From an uncultured Alphaproteobacteria bacterium (lineage in GTDB: Bacteria > Pseudomonadota > Alphaproteobacteria > HIMB59 > GCA-002718135): a stretch of 64,000 bases of DNA. The translations under genes were made by a program, and so were the position numbers. Every line of letters starts with the position of its first letter. The stretch's first letter is position 1. The notes beneath the pieces are model-generated. The model saw nothing but the letters and a program-made list of their open reading frames with translations. It was not told where the DNA came from and ran no database searches. The stretch spans positions 151,936-215,935 of the forward strand of contig CACMQB010000002.1 of the NCBI GenBank assembly GCA_902615745.1, read 5' to 3'. Of the stretch, positions 8,891 through 19,991 are shown piece after piece.

Positions 8891-11743
8891 ATGATTGAAA
8901 TAGATAAATTTGTTAGCAGACATATAGGGCCTAGAAATGAAGATATTGGAGAAATGCTCAAATTAATAAATTGCTCTTCATTGGATGAATTAATTGAAAA
9001 AACTGTACCTAATCATATTATTTTTAAAGACAAACTTAAATTTAGACCTGGTATGTCTGAGGAGTTTAATAAAATTAATACTCAACTTTTATCTTTAAAA
9101 AATAATTTCAAAAAAACTTATATTGGAATGGGTTATTATAATACTATTACACCTAGCGTTATTTTAAGAAATATTCTTGAAAATCCAGGATGGTATACTG
9201 CTTACACACCTTATCAACCAGAAGTAAGTCAGGGCAGGTTGGAAATGTTAATGAATTTTCAACAAATGATAATTGATTTGACGGGAATGGATATTGCAAA
9301 TGCATCTTTACTTGATGAAAGTACTGCGGCAGCTGAGGCTATGATGATGGCTTTTAAAATTAAAAAAAATGCAAAGTTTACTTTTTGTGTTCAAAATAAA
9401 TGCCATCCACAAACACTATCTGTCTTAAAAACTAGAGCTAAACCTCTAGGTATAAAAATTATTTTTGATAATCCAGATAATGATACATTTGGTTGTTTAA
9501 TTCAAAATCCAGACACTTACGGAGAAATTGCAAATCTCAACGATTTAATAAATATAAATAAATCTCACGAAGCGTTATCGATCATAGCAGCTGATATAAT
9601 GAGTTTGGTAGTTATGAAATCACCAAAAGATTTTGGAGCTGATATAGTTGTTGGGAGTACACAAAGGTTTGGTGTTCCAATGGGTCTAGGAGGTCCTCAT
9701 GCAGCATATTTTGCAACATTAGATGAATACAAAAGAATGATACCTGGAAGACTAATTGGTGTGTCAGTTGATCGTACTAATAAAAGATCTTACAGGATGG
9801 CTCTTCAAACGCGTGAGCAACATATTAGAAGGGAAAAAGCTACAAGTAATATATGTACTGCACAGGCCTTATTAGCAATTATATCTGCTTCATATGCTAT
9901 ATATCATGGTCCAACTAGATTAAAAAATATTGCTAATGACATTCACTATAAGTCTAGATATCTAAAAAAATCATTAGAGATATTAAATTTTGAAGTAAAA
10001 TCTAAAAATTATTTTGATACCTTATTAGTAAAAGACTCAAAATCTAAATACTGGGTAAATAAATCTATAGAAAATGGTATCAATTTTAGATTTGTAAATG
10101 ATGATCATTTTTCAATTTCCTTAGATGAAACTACATCACTACAAGATGTTGATAATTTAATTAAATTTTTTAATGAAAACAATAATGAAATATACGCAGA
10201 AGAAATTGAAAGTAAAATTGAAGACTCGATTTTCAAAAGTGATTTAGATAGAAAAGACAAAATATTAACTCATCCTGTATTTAATATCTATCATTCTGAA
10301 ACAGAAATGATGAGATATCTAAAAAAATTAGAAAATAAAGACGTTGCTTTAAATAGATCAATGATACCTCTTGGATCTTGTACTATGAAATTAAATGCAG
10401 CATCAGAAATGCTTCCAATTACTTTACCAGGTTTTTCAAACGCGCATCCATTCTTAGAGCCCCATCAACGTGAGGGATATAATGAAATGATGAGTGAATT
10501 AATATCGATGTTAAAAGATATTACTGGTTTTGATGCAGTTTCACTCCAACCTAATGCAGGAGCACAAGGTGAGTTTGCTGGTTTATTAGCTATACAAAAA
10601 TATCATGTGAAAAATTCAGATACTAAAAGAAATATTTGTATAATTCCTAAAAGTGCTCATGGAACTAATCCAGCCAGTGCACAGATGTGCGGTATGGATA
10701 TTTTAATTGTAAACTGTGATGACAAAGGTAATGTAGATTTAACTCACTTAGATAAAAAAATAGAAGAGGCAGGCGATAGACTGTCTGCTTTAATGATTAC
10801 TTATCCATCAACACATGGAGTATTCGAGGAAAGTATTGTTGAGATTTGTAAAAAAATTCATGATGCTGGTGGGCAAGTTTATCTAGATGGCGCAAATTAT
10901 AATGCAATGGTTGGTGTAGCTAAACCAGGTAAATTTGGACCGGATGTATGCCATATGAATCTCCATAAGACATTCTGTATACCTCATGGAGGAGGTGGGC
11001 CTGGAGTTGGGGCTATAGGATTAAAAAAACATTTAGCAGATTTTGCTCCCGGGCATCCTATATTTAAAAATGAAATAGGTTTAACCAATCAGGAGGCAGT
11101 TTCAGCAGCGCCTTGGGGCAGTGCATCTATTTTACCTATTTCATATTCTTATATTTCTATGATGGGTGACGATGGTTTAAAATTAGCAACTCAAGTAGCA
11201 ATATTAAATGCTAATTATATTAAAGAAAGATTAAAAAATTATTACCCTATTTTATATACTGGTAAAAATAATATGGTAGCACATGAATTTATTATTGATA
11301 TCAGGCCGTTTAAACAAGAATTAAATATTTCAGATGAAGATATTGCTAAAAGACTAATTGATTATGGATTTCACGCTCCTACAATGTCATTTCCGGTTCC
11401 AGGTACTCTAATGATTGAACCTACTGAAAGTGAATCAAAAGAGGAGCTAGATAGATTTTGTGAAGCAATGATTTCTATTCATAATGAAATTACTATGATT
11501 AGAGATGGTAAATTTGATAAAGTAGATAATCCTATTAAAAATGCCCCTCATACCATTGAAGAAGTATCTTCTGATAATTGGGATCATAAATATACTCGTA
11601 AAGAAGCTGCTTACCCTCATGCTTATTTAATAAATAATAAATACTGGAGTCCAGTAAGTAGAATTGATAATGTATATGGGGATAGAAATTTATTTTGTGT
11701 TTGTCCTCCAATTGATGAATACGAAGAGGCTAAAACTGGATAA
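8891..11743 (+). CDS. gcvP: glycine dehydrogenase (decarboxylating), single-chain P protein
   Basis: 950 aa with YTPYQPEVSQGRLE, REQHIRREKATSNICT and NLHKTFCIPHGGGGPG (PLP lysine region). Confidence 0.95.
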   Translation: MIEIDKFVSRHIGPRNEDIGEMLKLINCSSLDELIEKTVPNHIIFKDKLKFRPGMSEEFNKINTQLLSLKNNFKKTYIGMGYYNTITPSVILRNILENPGWYTAYTPYQPEVSQGRLEMLMNFQQMIIDLTGMDIANASLLDESTAAAEAMMMAFKIKKNAKFTFCVQNKCHPQTLSVLKTRAKPLGIKIIFDNPDNDTFGCLIQNPDTYGEIANLNDLININKSHEALSIIAADIMSLVVMKSPKDFGADIVVGSTQRFGVPMGLGGPHAAYFATLDEYKRMIPGRLIGVSVDRTNKRSYRMALQTREQHIRREKATSNICTAQALLAIISASYAIYHGPTRLKNIANDIHYKSRYLKKSLEILNFEVKSKNYFDTLLVKDSKSKYWVNKSIENGINFRFVNDDHFSISLDETTSLQDVDNLIKFFNENNNEIYAEEIESKIEDSIFKSDLDRKDKILTHPVFNIYHSETEMMRYLKKLENKDVALNRSMIPLGSCTMKLNAASEMLPITLPGFSNAHPFLEPHQREGYNEMMSELISMLKDITGFDAVSLQPNAGAQGEFAGLLAIQKYHVKNSDTKRNICIIPKSAHGTNPASAQMCGMDILIVNCDDKGNVDLTHLDKKIEEAGDRLSALMITYPSTHGVFEESIVEICKKIHDAGGQVYLDGANYNAMVGVAKPGKFGPDVCHMNLHKTFCIPHGGGGPGVGAIGLKKHLADFAPGHPIFKNEIGLTNQEAVSAAPWGSASILPISYSYISMMGDDGLKLATQVAILNANYIKERLKNYYPILYTGKNNMVAHEFIIDIRPFKQELNISDEDIAKRLIDYGFHAPTMSFPVPGTLMIEPTESESKEELDRFCEAMISIHNEITMIRDGKFDKVDNPIKNAPHTIEEVSSDNWDHKYTRKEAAYPHAYLINNKYWSPVSRIDNVYGDRNLFCVCPPIDEYEEAKTG

Positions 11744-11786
11744 ATACTATATATCAATAAATTAAAACACTAATTTAATAACAATT

Positions 11787-12815
11787 ATGATTTATATTAA
11801 TCTTATTTTAGTTTTTTTAGTCCTGGTCGCAATACATGAGTATGGTCATTATATAGTTGCGAGATTGTTTAAAGCTGAAGTTACTGATTTCTCAATTGGA
11901 TTTGGTAAGCCTCTTTTAAAATATACTGATAGAAATGGCACTACATGGAAATTATCACCAATTCCATTGGGTGGATATGTTAAAATCAAAGGTCTTGATA
12001 ATATATTTTCTCCAAACCCTAACGATGAACAAGGATCCTTTCAATCTCTTACACTTTTTCAAAAGATATTAGTACTTTTAGCAGGAAGTATTTTTAATAT
12101 TTTTAGTGCATGGTTTGCTCTATTCTGCATATTTTTCTTTTTTGGAATTGTTAGTTTAATGCCAATTATTGGATCAGTGAGTGAAAATTCATCTGCTTTT
12201 GAAAATGATCTTAGAGAAGGTGATAAAATACTTGAGATAAACAATATTAGTATTGAAGAGTTTTCTGATATCCCAAAAGCAATTGCAAATAACCAAAGTA
12301 TAAATATTTTAATAGAAAGAAATAATCAGATAATTGAAAAAAATTTTGATCTTAAGTTTAATGAAGAATTAAATAGGTACATTATCGGAATATCTTCACC
12401 TCAAAATCCTATTATTGATAAGTATAATTTAATTGATTCAATTAAAAACTCTTCTTTATTTATACCTACATATTATGCTGCTTCTTTTACATTTCTTCAA
12501 CAATCTTATAAAGAAAATACATTAGGAGATCAGTTAGCCGGACCTATAGGAATTGTAAAAAATGCAGATCAAATGATGCTTGATCAAGTAAGGGGAGTAC
12601 TTTTTTTATTTATAATAATTTCTTTATTTGTAGGGTTATTTAATTTGCTTCCTATTCCTCTTTTAGATGGTGGTCATATAATCTATTTTATTATTAGAAG
12701 AATTTTTTCGAACTCTCTTCCTGAGTTTATAACAAGAGTTTATTTAGCTGTGGGGATAACAATAATATCTTTTCTATTTATAGTTGTGACATACAACGAT
12801 ATTTTTTATAAATAA
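11787..12815 (+). CDS. rseP: RIP (site-2) zinc metalloprotease
   Basis: HEYGHYIVA (HExxH) in TM1, a central PDZ-like region, and C-terminal NLLPIPLLDGGH. Confidence 0.85.
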   Translation: MIYINLILVFLVLVAIHEYGHYIVARLFKAEVTDFSIGFGKPLLKYTDRNGTTWKLSPIPLGGYVKIKGLDNIFSPNPNDEQGSFQSLTLFQKILVLLAGSIFNIFSAWFALFCIFFFFGIVSLMPIIGSVSENSSAFENDLREGDKILEINNISIEEFSDIPKAIANNQSINILIERNNQIIEKNFDLKFNEELNRYIIGISSPQNPIIDKYNLIDSIKNSSLFIPTYYAASFTFLQQSYKENTLGDQLAGPIGIVKNADQMMLDQVRGVLFLFIIISLFVGLFNLLPIPLLDGGHIIYFIIRRIFSNSLPEFITRVYLAVGITIISFLFIVVTYNDIFYK

Positions 12816-12833
12816 ATATTATTGGGAGATAAA

Positions 12834-13202
12834 ATGACAAATTTTGAAAAAGTAAAAGAATTTATGACAACTTTTGGTCAAGAAGTAAAAACTACTGCTG
12901 AATTTCCAGAAAATAAAATTGTTGAATTAAGAAAAAAATTAATTGATGAAGAATTTAATGAATTAAAAGATGCAATTAATGATAATGATATAGTTGAAGT
13001 TGCTGATGCATTAACTGATATTTTAGTTGTAACATACGGTGCGGGAGCTGCTTTTGGTATAGATCTAGATAAATGTTTTAACGAAGTTCATCGTAGTAAT
13101 ATGAGTAAACTTTCAGAAGAAGGTAAGCCAATTTATAATGAATTTGGTAAAGTTATGAAAGGTCCTAATTATTCACCTCCAGATTTGAAAAAAATAATTT
13201 AA
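12834..13202 (+). CDS. MazG-like nucleotide pyrophosphohydrolase domain protein
   Basis: All-alpha protein with the pattern EEFNELKDA...EVADALTDILVV typical of the MazG/HisE-like fold. Start at ATG 12834, after gggag. Confidence 0.6.
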   Translation: MTNFEKVKEFMTTFGQEVKTTAEFPENKIVELRKKLIDEEFNELKDAINDNDIVEVADALTDILVVTYGAGAAFGIDLDKCFNEVHRSNMSKLSEEGKPIYNEFGKVMKGPNYSPPDLKKII

Positions 13203-14371
13203 ATATTTTTTAGAGCATCATCTAAAGACTTCTTTAAGTCTGAAATATCTTCAATGCCAATTGAAAGTCTGATTAGGGTATCAGAAATTCCTAATTCATC
13301 TCTAATTTTTTTATCTATTGATGCATGTGTCATTATAGCTGGATGCTCAATTAAACTTTCAACCCCGCCTAAACTTTCTGCTAGTGTAAATATTTCAATT
13401 GTTTCAAGAAATTTTTTTGCTGAATTAATATCACCCATTAATTCAATTGATAATATTCCGCCAAATCCAGTCATTTGTTTTTTTGCAATGTCATAGCTTG
13501 GGTTATTTTCTAATCCAGGATAAAAAACGTTATTAATTTTAGGATGTTTTAATAAATAATTAGCAATTTCTAAGGCATTATTATTGTGCCTTTCCATTCT
13601 AACCGCAAGTGTCTTGATTGAACGAATAAGTAAATAACAATCGAAAGGGCTGGGAACAGCACCAACTGCATTTTGAATATATTTAATTTTATCAGCTAAA
13701 ATTTTATTATCATTTATAATTAATGCACCTCCAATTATATCTGAATGACCTCCAAGATACTTGGTTGACGAATGTATAACAACATCAGCCCCATTATTTA
13801 TTGGTTGTTGATTGTAAGGTGATGCAAAAGTATTATCACAAACTATAATGATATTATCATCTTTTAAGCTTTCTCTAATTTTCTTTATATCTATAATTTT
13901 TAGTAATGGGTTAGAGGGTGTCTCTACCCAAATCATTTTTGTATTTTCTTTGAGATGACCTTGCCAATTATTTTCTTTACTAAGATCAGTATATGTTACT
14001 TCCACATCTTGATTTACTGTTTTAATTTTATCAAAAATTCTTCTTGTTCCACCATAAACATCATCGCTACAAATAATTGAATAATTTTTACCTAAAGCAT
14101 CTGATAATGCAGAAATTGCAGCCATACCTGAGCTGAAAGCATAAGCAAATTTACCATCTTCTAATTCAACTAATAACTTTTCTAATATATCTCTTGTTGG
14201 GTTTCCTGTTCTTGCATATTCATAAGTAAAATCCCCAGGTGAATTTTGCTTGAAAGTCGATGAAAGATGAATAGGGGGCATTACTGCACCTGTGGTTTCA
14301 TCAGCGCCATGACCTGAATGAATTACTTTAGAATTAAATTTTTTATCTTTAGTATTCATAATTACATCCAA
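13199..14371 (-). CDS. Cys/Met-metabolism PLP enzyme (cystathionine beta/gamma-lyase or gamma-synthase family)
   Basis: YARTGNPTR and PLP-lysine motif HSSTKYLGGHSD. Overlaps the upstream gene by 10 nt. Confidence 0.85.
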   Translation of the reverse strand: MDVIMNTKDKKFNSKVIHSGHGADETTGAVMPPIHLSSTFKQNSPGDFTYEYARTGNPTRDILEKLLVELEDGKFAYAFSSGMAAISALSDALGKNYSIICSDDVYGGTRRIFDKIKTVNQDVEVTYTDLSKENNWQGHLKENTKMIWVETPSNPLLKIIDIKKIRESLKDDNIIIVCDNTFASPYNQQPINNGADVVIHSSTKYLGGHSDIIGGALIINDNKILADKIKYIQNAVGAVPSPFDCYLLIRSIKTLAVRMERHNNNALEIANYLLKHPKINNVFYPGLENNPSYDIAKKQMTGFGGILSIELMGDINSAKKFLETIEIFTLAESLGGVESLIEHPAIMTHASIDKKIRDELGISDTLIRLSIGIEDISDLKKSLDDALKNI

Positions 14372-15363
14372 TCAGCATAAGGTAAATTTCTGGATAATAA
14401 GTATTCTTTATTAAACATTTTATCATAATATTTATTTGCATCATCACAAAGTATTGTTACTATTTTTTTACCCGTACCCATTGATTTTGCCAATTTTACT
14501 GCACCACATATATTTACCCCAGAACTTAATCCTAGAAATAATCCATCTGTTTTCATAATTTTAAATAGCATTTCCATACATTCTTGATCAGAAACAAAAA
14601 ATGATTGGTCTACAAGACAATTTTCTAAATTTTTTGTTATTCTGGCTTGTCCAATACCTTCTGTAATTGATTCCTCTCCTTTTTTTTCTGGTTTACCATT
14701 AGTAAAATAATTAAACATTGATGATCCTTGTGAGTCAGTACAAGCGATAATAATTTCTTTATTTTTTGATTTTAGCCCAACACTCACACCAGTTAAAGTT
14801 CCACCAGTTCCAATTGCACATGTGAAACCATCTATTTTACCATCTGTTTGTTTAAATATTTCTGTAGATGTTGTTTTTTCATGAAATTTGTAGTTTGCTA
14901 AATTTTCAAATTGACCAGCCCAAAAAGTTTTTTTACCTGTTTGTTTTTCAATATCTTTAGCTAATTGCTGCGAGACTTTTTGATAGTTACCAGGATCAGA
15001 ATATGGTTTTGCATCAACTAAATGAAGTTTTGCTCCCATATTTTTTAGTATATCTCTTTTAGATTGAACGGTTATGTTAGGCATTACAATTTCTAGGTTA
15101 TAATTTTTTGCATTACAAACTAATGCTAAGCCTATTCCTGTGTTCCCAAAAGTACCTTCAACGACTGTTCCACCTGGTTCCAATAATTTTTTTTCTTCTG
15201 CATCCTCGATAATACCAAGTGCTGTTCTATCTTTCACTGAACCAGCTGGATTCATAAATTCAGCTTTACCGTATATTTCACAACCTGAAATCTCTGAAGG
15301 GTATTTTAATTTTATTAGGGGGGTGTTACCAATTAATTGAGTAACATTATTTGTTATCATCAA
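14362..15363 (-). CDS. cysteine synthase / cystathionine beta-synthase family enzyme (no CBS-pair domain)
   Basis: [12 protein letters not shown] (PLP lysine), GNTGIGLA and GTGGTLTG loops. 333 aa. Confidence 0.8.
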   Translation of the reverse strand: MMITNNVTQLIGNTPLIKLKYPSEISGCEIYGKAEFMNPAGSVKDRTALGIIEDAEEKKLLEPGGTVVEGTFGNTGIGLALVCNAKNYNLEIVMPNITVQSKRDILKNMGAKLHLVDAKPYSDPGNYQKVSQQLAKDIEKQTGKKTFWAGQFENLANYKFHEKTTSTEIFKQTDGKIDGFTCAIGTGGTLTGVSVGLKSKNKEIIIACTDSQGSSMFNYFTNGKPEKKGEESITEGIGQARITKNLENCLVDQSFFVSDQECMEMLFKIMKTDGLFLGLSSGVNICGAVKLAKSMGTGKKIVTILCDDANKYYDKMFNKEYLLSRNLPYADWM

Positions 15364-15922
15364 TATCTCTTACACCATATGGATTAAATGAAGTATCCTT
15401 ATTAATATTAATATTTTTAACTGGGTTTCCTACCATTGTTGCATAAGGGGGAACATCTTTTAATACTACTGTATTAGCTCCAACTCTTGCACAACTCCCA
15501 ATATTAATTGGGCCAAGAATACTTGCTCCACATCCTATGATTACATTATCCTCTATTGTTGGATGTCTTTTTGTATCTCTTTGATCACTGGAATTTTCTG
15601 CTGGACTAATACCTCCAAGTGTAACACCATGATACAATGTAACATTATCTCCAATTATACTTGTTTCTCCAATTACAGTTCCCATACCATGATCAATAAA
15701 TAGGTTTTTACCTATTTTAGCTGCTGGATGAATTTCAATTCCTGTTAAAAAACGACTAAATTGGGAAACTATTCTTGCTAGAGTGTAAAGATTTAAATTC
15801 CATAGATTGTTTGCTATTCTATGAAAGAAAACAGACTTCACTCCTGGGTATGTAAGCACGATACTTAGCTTGCTTCTTGCAGCTGGATCTCTTTGAATTA
15901 TTGAGTCTAAATAATCAGTCAT
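15347..15922 (-). CDS. cysE: serine O-acetyltransferase (short form)
   Basis: DPAARS N-terminal motif, IHPAAKIG, and hexapeptide repeats ([20 protein letters not shown]). Confidence 0.85.
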   Translation of the reverse strand: MTDYLDSIIQRDPAARSKLSIVLTYPGVKSVFFHRIANNLWNLNLYTLARIVSQFSRFLTGIEIHPAAKIGKNLFIDHGMGTVIGETSIIGDNVTLYHGVTLGGISPAENSSDQRDTKRHPTIEDNVIIGCGASILGPINIGSCARVGANTVVLKDVPPYATMVGNPVKNININKDTSFNPYGVRDIDDNK

Positions 15923-16059
15923 TTCGTAATGCTATTTAGTGATTATTGCATTTTTTTCAACGTAACGAGGATTTCTCTTTAAAATTTATGATTTTAATTA
16001 TGTCAATTATTGATAGTTTATGTAGAAAAAAGATAATCAATATATGATTTACTAATTTG

Positions 16060-17181
16060 ATGATTAAAGTAAATAAAATCAAAATTCATTTATTTAAGTA
16101 TAAGAATAAAAATCCAGTTTTATCTTCATTTGGCAGAATGACTTTTAGATCATCGTTAATAGTTGAATTAATTGATCAAAATGACAACAGTGGTTTTGGG
16201 GAAATATGGTGTAATTTCCCAAATCATGCTGGTAGATATAGATTTGAAATTTTTAAAGATTATTTTGTAAATTTACTTAAAAATTTTAATTTTGAAAACC
16301 CGACTGATCCTTATGATTTTTTTTATGAAAAGTTTAATTCAATAAAAATTCAAAGTGGTGATTATGGAGCTTTTAGTAATATAATTTCCGGAATAGATTG
16401 TGCTTGTTGGGATTTATTTTCAAAAAATAAAAAAATACCATTAAACAAATTAATTAATAGTAATTCTTCAGATAAGATCCAAGTTTATGCTAGTGGAATT
16501 AATAGAGACGAACATCAAGAAAGAATTAGTGAATCAAGAAAATTAGGAATAAAAAAATTTAAAATAAAAATTGGTTATGATTTAAATGATGATATTTCAA
16601 GTTTAGCATCAATTGAGAAAATTTTAAGTGATTCTGAAGATTATATGATTGATGTAAATCAAGCTTGGAAAATAGATAAAGTTAACTCAAATATTAGAGC
16701 ATTAAATCAGTTCAGATATTATTGGTTAGAAGAGCCAATAAGCGCTGATAATTCTTTAAATGAAATTATTAATTTAATAAATAATCATAAAAATTTAGCC
16801 TTTGGTGAAAATATTACTCAGATAAATAACTTTGTTAAATTAAATGATGATTCTTCAATTAAATTTTTACAACCAGATATTGCTAGGTATGGAGGTATTT
16901 CTCAAATAATAAGTTTAAAAGATAAAATAGTTACTGATAAATTATATCTACATTATTTAGGTGGTGCTGTAGGTTTGGTTACTTCAGCACATTTAATGTC
17001 TGCAATTAATCAAAGTGGTTTTTTAGAATATGATATTAACGAAAATGCACTAAGAACGGATATTTTGAAACCTACCATAAAAATAAGAGATGGTTATCTT
17101 TTATTAAATTCATCAATAGGTATCGGTTTTAATCTTTCTGAAATATCAAAAAATTATCTAAATCAATATTATGAATTATAA
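16060..17181 (+). CDS. enolase-superfamily enzyme (mandelate racemase / muconate lactonizing family)
   Basis: KIKIG, MIDVNQAW, WLEEP and LQPDI metal-ligand-type motifs in the expected order. Confidence 0.75.
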   Translation: MIKVNKIKIHLFKYKNKNPVLSSFGRMTFRSSLIVELIDQNDNSGFGEIWCNFPNHAGRYRFEIFKDYFVNLLKNFNFENPTDPYDFFYEKFNSIKIQSGDYGAFSNIISGIDCACWDLFSKNKKIPLNKLINSNSSDKIQVYASGINRDEHQERISESRKLGIKKFKIKIGYDLNDDISSLASIEKILSDSEDYMIDVNQAWKIDKVNSNIRALNQFRYYWLEEPISADNSLNEIINLINNHKNLAFGENITQINNFVKLNDDSSIKFLQPDIARYGGISQIISLKDKIVTDKLYLHYLGGAVGLVTSAHLMSAINQSGFLEYDINENALRTDILKPTIKIRDGYLLLNSSIGIGFNLSEISKNYLNQYYEL

Positions 17182-17566
17182 AATTAAAGTTTACTATGAA
17201 GATACCGATGCATCAGGTAGAGTTTATCATTCAAATTATTTAAAATATTTAGAGAGGGGTAGGTCAGAATTCTTATATAAATTGGGTTATAATCATAAAA
17301 ACCTACTCCAATCACTTAATTTTTACTTTGTAGTTAAACATATCGATATTGATTTTAAATTACCTGCATATTTTGAAGATATCTTAGATGTTGAAACAAA
17401 AATTCATGAAATTTCAAAAGTAAAAATAATTTTTAACCAGTATATATATAGAGAAAAAAATTTATTAATTGATTCGAAGATTTTAATAACTCCTGTAAAT
17501 GATAAAGGTAAAATCGTAAAAATGCCTATTGAAATGCTTGATAAATTGCAATTATCAAAAATCTAA
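17171..17566 (+). CDS. ybgC: 4HBT/YbgC-type acyl-CoA thioesterase
   Basis: VYYEDTDASGRVYHSNYLKYLERGRSEFL hot-dog fold signature. 131 aa. Confidence 0.8.
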   Translation: MNYKIKVYYEDTDASGRVYHSNYLKYLERGRSEFLYKLGYNHKNLLQSLNFYFVVKHIDIDFKLPAYFEDILDVETKIHEISKVKIIFNQYIYREKNLLIDSKILITPVNDKGKIVKMPIEMLDKLQLSKI

Positions 17567-17612
17567 ATAAATTTATATTTTTTTATAAGCAAACAAATGT
17601 TAAATAAATTTT

Positions 17613-18449
17613 ATGGGAATTGTAACTGACGTAATACTGCCGCTTTCTCTAGCTTTCATTATGTTTTCATTGGGTTTAGGTTTAAGTCTCAGTGATTTTA
17701 CTAGAGTTTTCTTTAAACCAAGAGATTTTCTTATTGGATTATTTTTTCAAATTATTATTCTTCCAATAGTTGCATTATTAATTGTTATGTTTTGGCCTTT
17801 ATCTCCAGAGCTAGCTATTGGAGTGATGATTCTTGCAGCAGCACCTGGCGGTGTAACCAGTAATGTTTTAACATCATTTGCAAAAGGAAATATTGCTCTT
17901 TCAATATCTTTAACGGCAATAAACAGTATTTTATGTGTAATTACAGTTCCATTAATATTAATGATATCATTAAGTGTTCTCGACATGGGTAGTATTAATG
18001 AGGGGCAGTCGTTATTTAGTATTGCATCACAAATGTTTTTAATTGTTACAATACCAGTTATCGTTGGAGTTTTATTAAGTGGAGTGTTATCTTCATTTGA
18101 AAAAATAGCAAAAAATATATCAATAATTTTATTTGTTTTAGTTCTTATTGGAGCAATATTATCTCAAAGAGAAAATGTTATTACTTACTTTGCTCAAGCA
18201 GGTTTGGTTATGTTATTTCTAAATATAATAATGATGATTATTGTTTATTTATTATCTAATACTTTCAAATCCTCAAAAGAAACATTCAGATGTTGGTTGA
18301 TGGAAGTTGGGCTGCAAAATGGAACATTAGCAATTGTTGTAGCTAATACTTTCTTTGCAAGCACTGTTTATTTGATACCTGCTGCTATTTATAGCTTAAT
18401 AATGTATGCAACAGCTCTACCATTAATATATTTCTTAAGAAGAAATTAA
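17613..18449 (+). CDS. bile acid:sodium symporter (BASS) family transporter
   Basis: Polytopic protein with LSLAFIMFSLGLGLSLSDF and AAAPGGVTSNV motifs. Confidence 0.75.
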   Translation: MGIVTDVILPLSLAFIMFSLGLGLSLSDFTRVFFKPRDFLIGLFFQIIILPIVALLIVMFWPLSPELAIGVMILAAAPGGVTSNVLTSFAKGNIALSISLTAINSILCVITVPLILMISLSVLDMGSINEGQSLFSIASQMFLIVTIPVIVGVLLSGVLSSFEKIAKNISIILFVLVLIGAILSQRENVITYFAQAGLVMLFLNIIMMIIVYLLSNTFKSSKETFRCWLMEVGLQNGTLAIVVANTFFASTVYLIPAAIYSLIMYATALPLIYFLRRN

Positions 18450-19229
18450 GACTGGAAAAGTTACACTATCTAAAACTTCATTATTTTTTAGATTAATATT
18501 TGGAAATGGAGGAGACATTTCGCCTTTCCTCTTAATATATCTTGCGTCATCACCAGTAAATCTAACTGAAAAAGCTCTTCTTCTATTATTTGAATTATTA
18601 CCATATGCAGCATGAATTGTTGCATAGTTAAATGCTATGGCATCTCCTAGCTCACAATCATAGGATATAATTTCATAATCTTTTCTATTATTTTCAATAT
18701 CTGGAATTTTTTCAAATTCTTTATCTTTATGATCATAATCATAACCTTTAAATTTTGTAGGTAAAAATATTTTATTCCATTTATGTGAACCTAGTATGAA
18801 TTCCATTGATGAATTAATATCAATTTTATCAAGTGGTATCCAAATACTTACATTATCTCTTCCTTGTACACAGTAATACCCTTGATCTTGATGCCACGGT
18901 GTTCTTTTTTTAGATCCTTTTTCTTTTATTAAAACATGCTCATGAAATAAATTTACTTTTTTAGATTTCATTAATGAGCCAGCAATTTTCGCAATATTAG
19001 AATTAAAAATAAAATTTTTATACTCTTTTATTCTTTGCCAATTACAATAATCATCATAAAATACCTCTTGATTATTTACTTCTTCATAAACACATTTATA
19101 TTTACTTGGGTTTTGAAAATTATGCTCAACACCCTTTCTTAGTTCTTCAATCCATTTTTGATCAATAATTCTTTTTAGTAATACAACTCCATTATTCTGA
19201 AATTCATTACTAATATTTTTTTCAATCAT
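18435..19229 (-). CDS. phytanoyl-CoA dioxygenase (PhyH) family Fe(II)/2-oxoglutarate oxygenase
   Basis: WHQDQGYY (HxD), distal TIHAAYGN and RRAFSVRF. Confidence 0.7.
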   Translation of the reverse strand: MIEKNISNEFQNNGVVLLKRIIDQKWIEELRKGVEHNFQNPSKYKCVYEEVNNQEVFYDDYCNWQRIKEYKNFIFNSNIAKIAGSLMKSKKVNLFHEHVLIKEKGSKKRTPWHQDQGYYCVQGRDNVSIWIPLDKIDINSSMEFILGSHKWNKIFLPTKFKGYDYDHKDKEFEKIPDIENNRKDYEIISYDCELGDAIAFNYATIHAAYGNNSNNRRRAFSVRFTGDDARYIKRKGEMSPPFPNINLKNNEVLDSVTFPVLISS

Positions 19230-19991
19230 TTAATCTTTAATTCTATATCCTTTTGAAAATGTATATGTGATAAATATTATGCATCCAATTAAAATTGTTA
19301 GGATAGTTAATGTACTTGTAAGTAATGAAACATCAGAAACTTCATAAAAACTATATCTGAAACCACTTATTAAATATAAAACAGGATTAAGTAATGATAT
19401 TTTCTGCCAAAATTCTGGAAGCATATTAATAGAGTAAAAACTTCCTCCTAAAAAAACTAACGGTGTAATTATTAGAATTGGAATAATCTGTAGTCCTTCA
19501 AAACCCTCTGCATACATTCCAATTATAAAACCAAATAAAGCAAAAGTAATGGATGTTAGAATTAAAAAAAACATCATTAGAAGAGGGTGATCTATTCTTA
19601 CATCTACAAAAAAATTAGCAGTTAATATAATAACACATCCAATTATTAATGATTTTGATGCTGCCGCTCCTACAAAACCAAGCACTATCTCAAACGAAGA
19701 TAATGGTGCTGCAAGTATTTCATATATGGTATTTGTAAATCTTGGAAAATAAAAAGCAAAAGAAGCATTAGAAATTGATTGAGTTAAGATAGTTAACATA
19801 ATCATTCCCGGTACAATATAAGAGCCATAATTAATTCCATCTATCTCTGTAATTCTTGAACCAATTGCAGATCCAAAAACTACAAAGTAAAGAGAAGTTG
19901 TAATTATTGGCGAGGCAAGACTTTGAAATAAGGTTCTTCTAAACCTTTCCATTTCATGAATATATATTGCTTTAATTCCGTACCAATTCAT
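19230..19991 (-). CDS. ABC-2 type exporter permease
   Basis: 253 aa, 6 TM. Overlaps the upstream ATPase gene by 20 nt. Confidence 0.75.
   Translation of the reverse strand: MNWYGIKAIYIHEMERFRRTLFQSLASPIITTSLYFVVFGSAIGSRITEIDGINYGSYIVPGMIMLTILTQSISNASFAFYFPRFTNTIYEILAAPLSSFEIVLGFVGAAASKSLIIGCVIILTANFFVDVRIDHPLLMMFFLILTSITFALFGFIIGMYAEGFEGLQIIPILIITPLVFLGGSFYSINMLPEFWQKISLLNPVLYLISGFRYSFYEVSDVSLLTSTLTILTILIGCIIFITYTFSKGYRIKD

Noticed and set aside
15923-16056. 134-nt region upstream of the cysE operon, checked for a SAM-II or SAM-V type riboswitch
   Set aside because: I could not find the characteristic AAAGCU-type pseudoknot elements or any stable helix on the minus strand. There are only weak AT-rich pairings. 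A covariance-model scan would be needed to say more.
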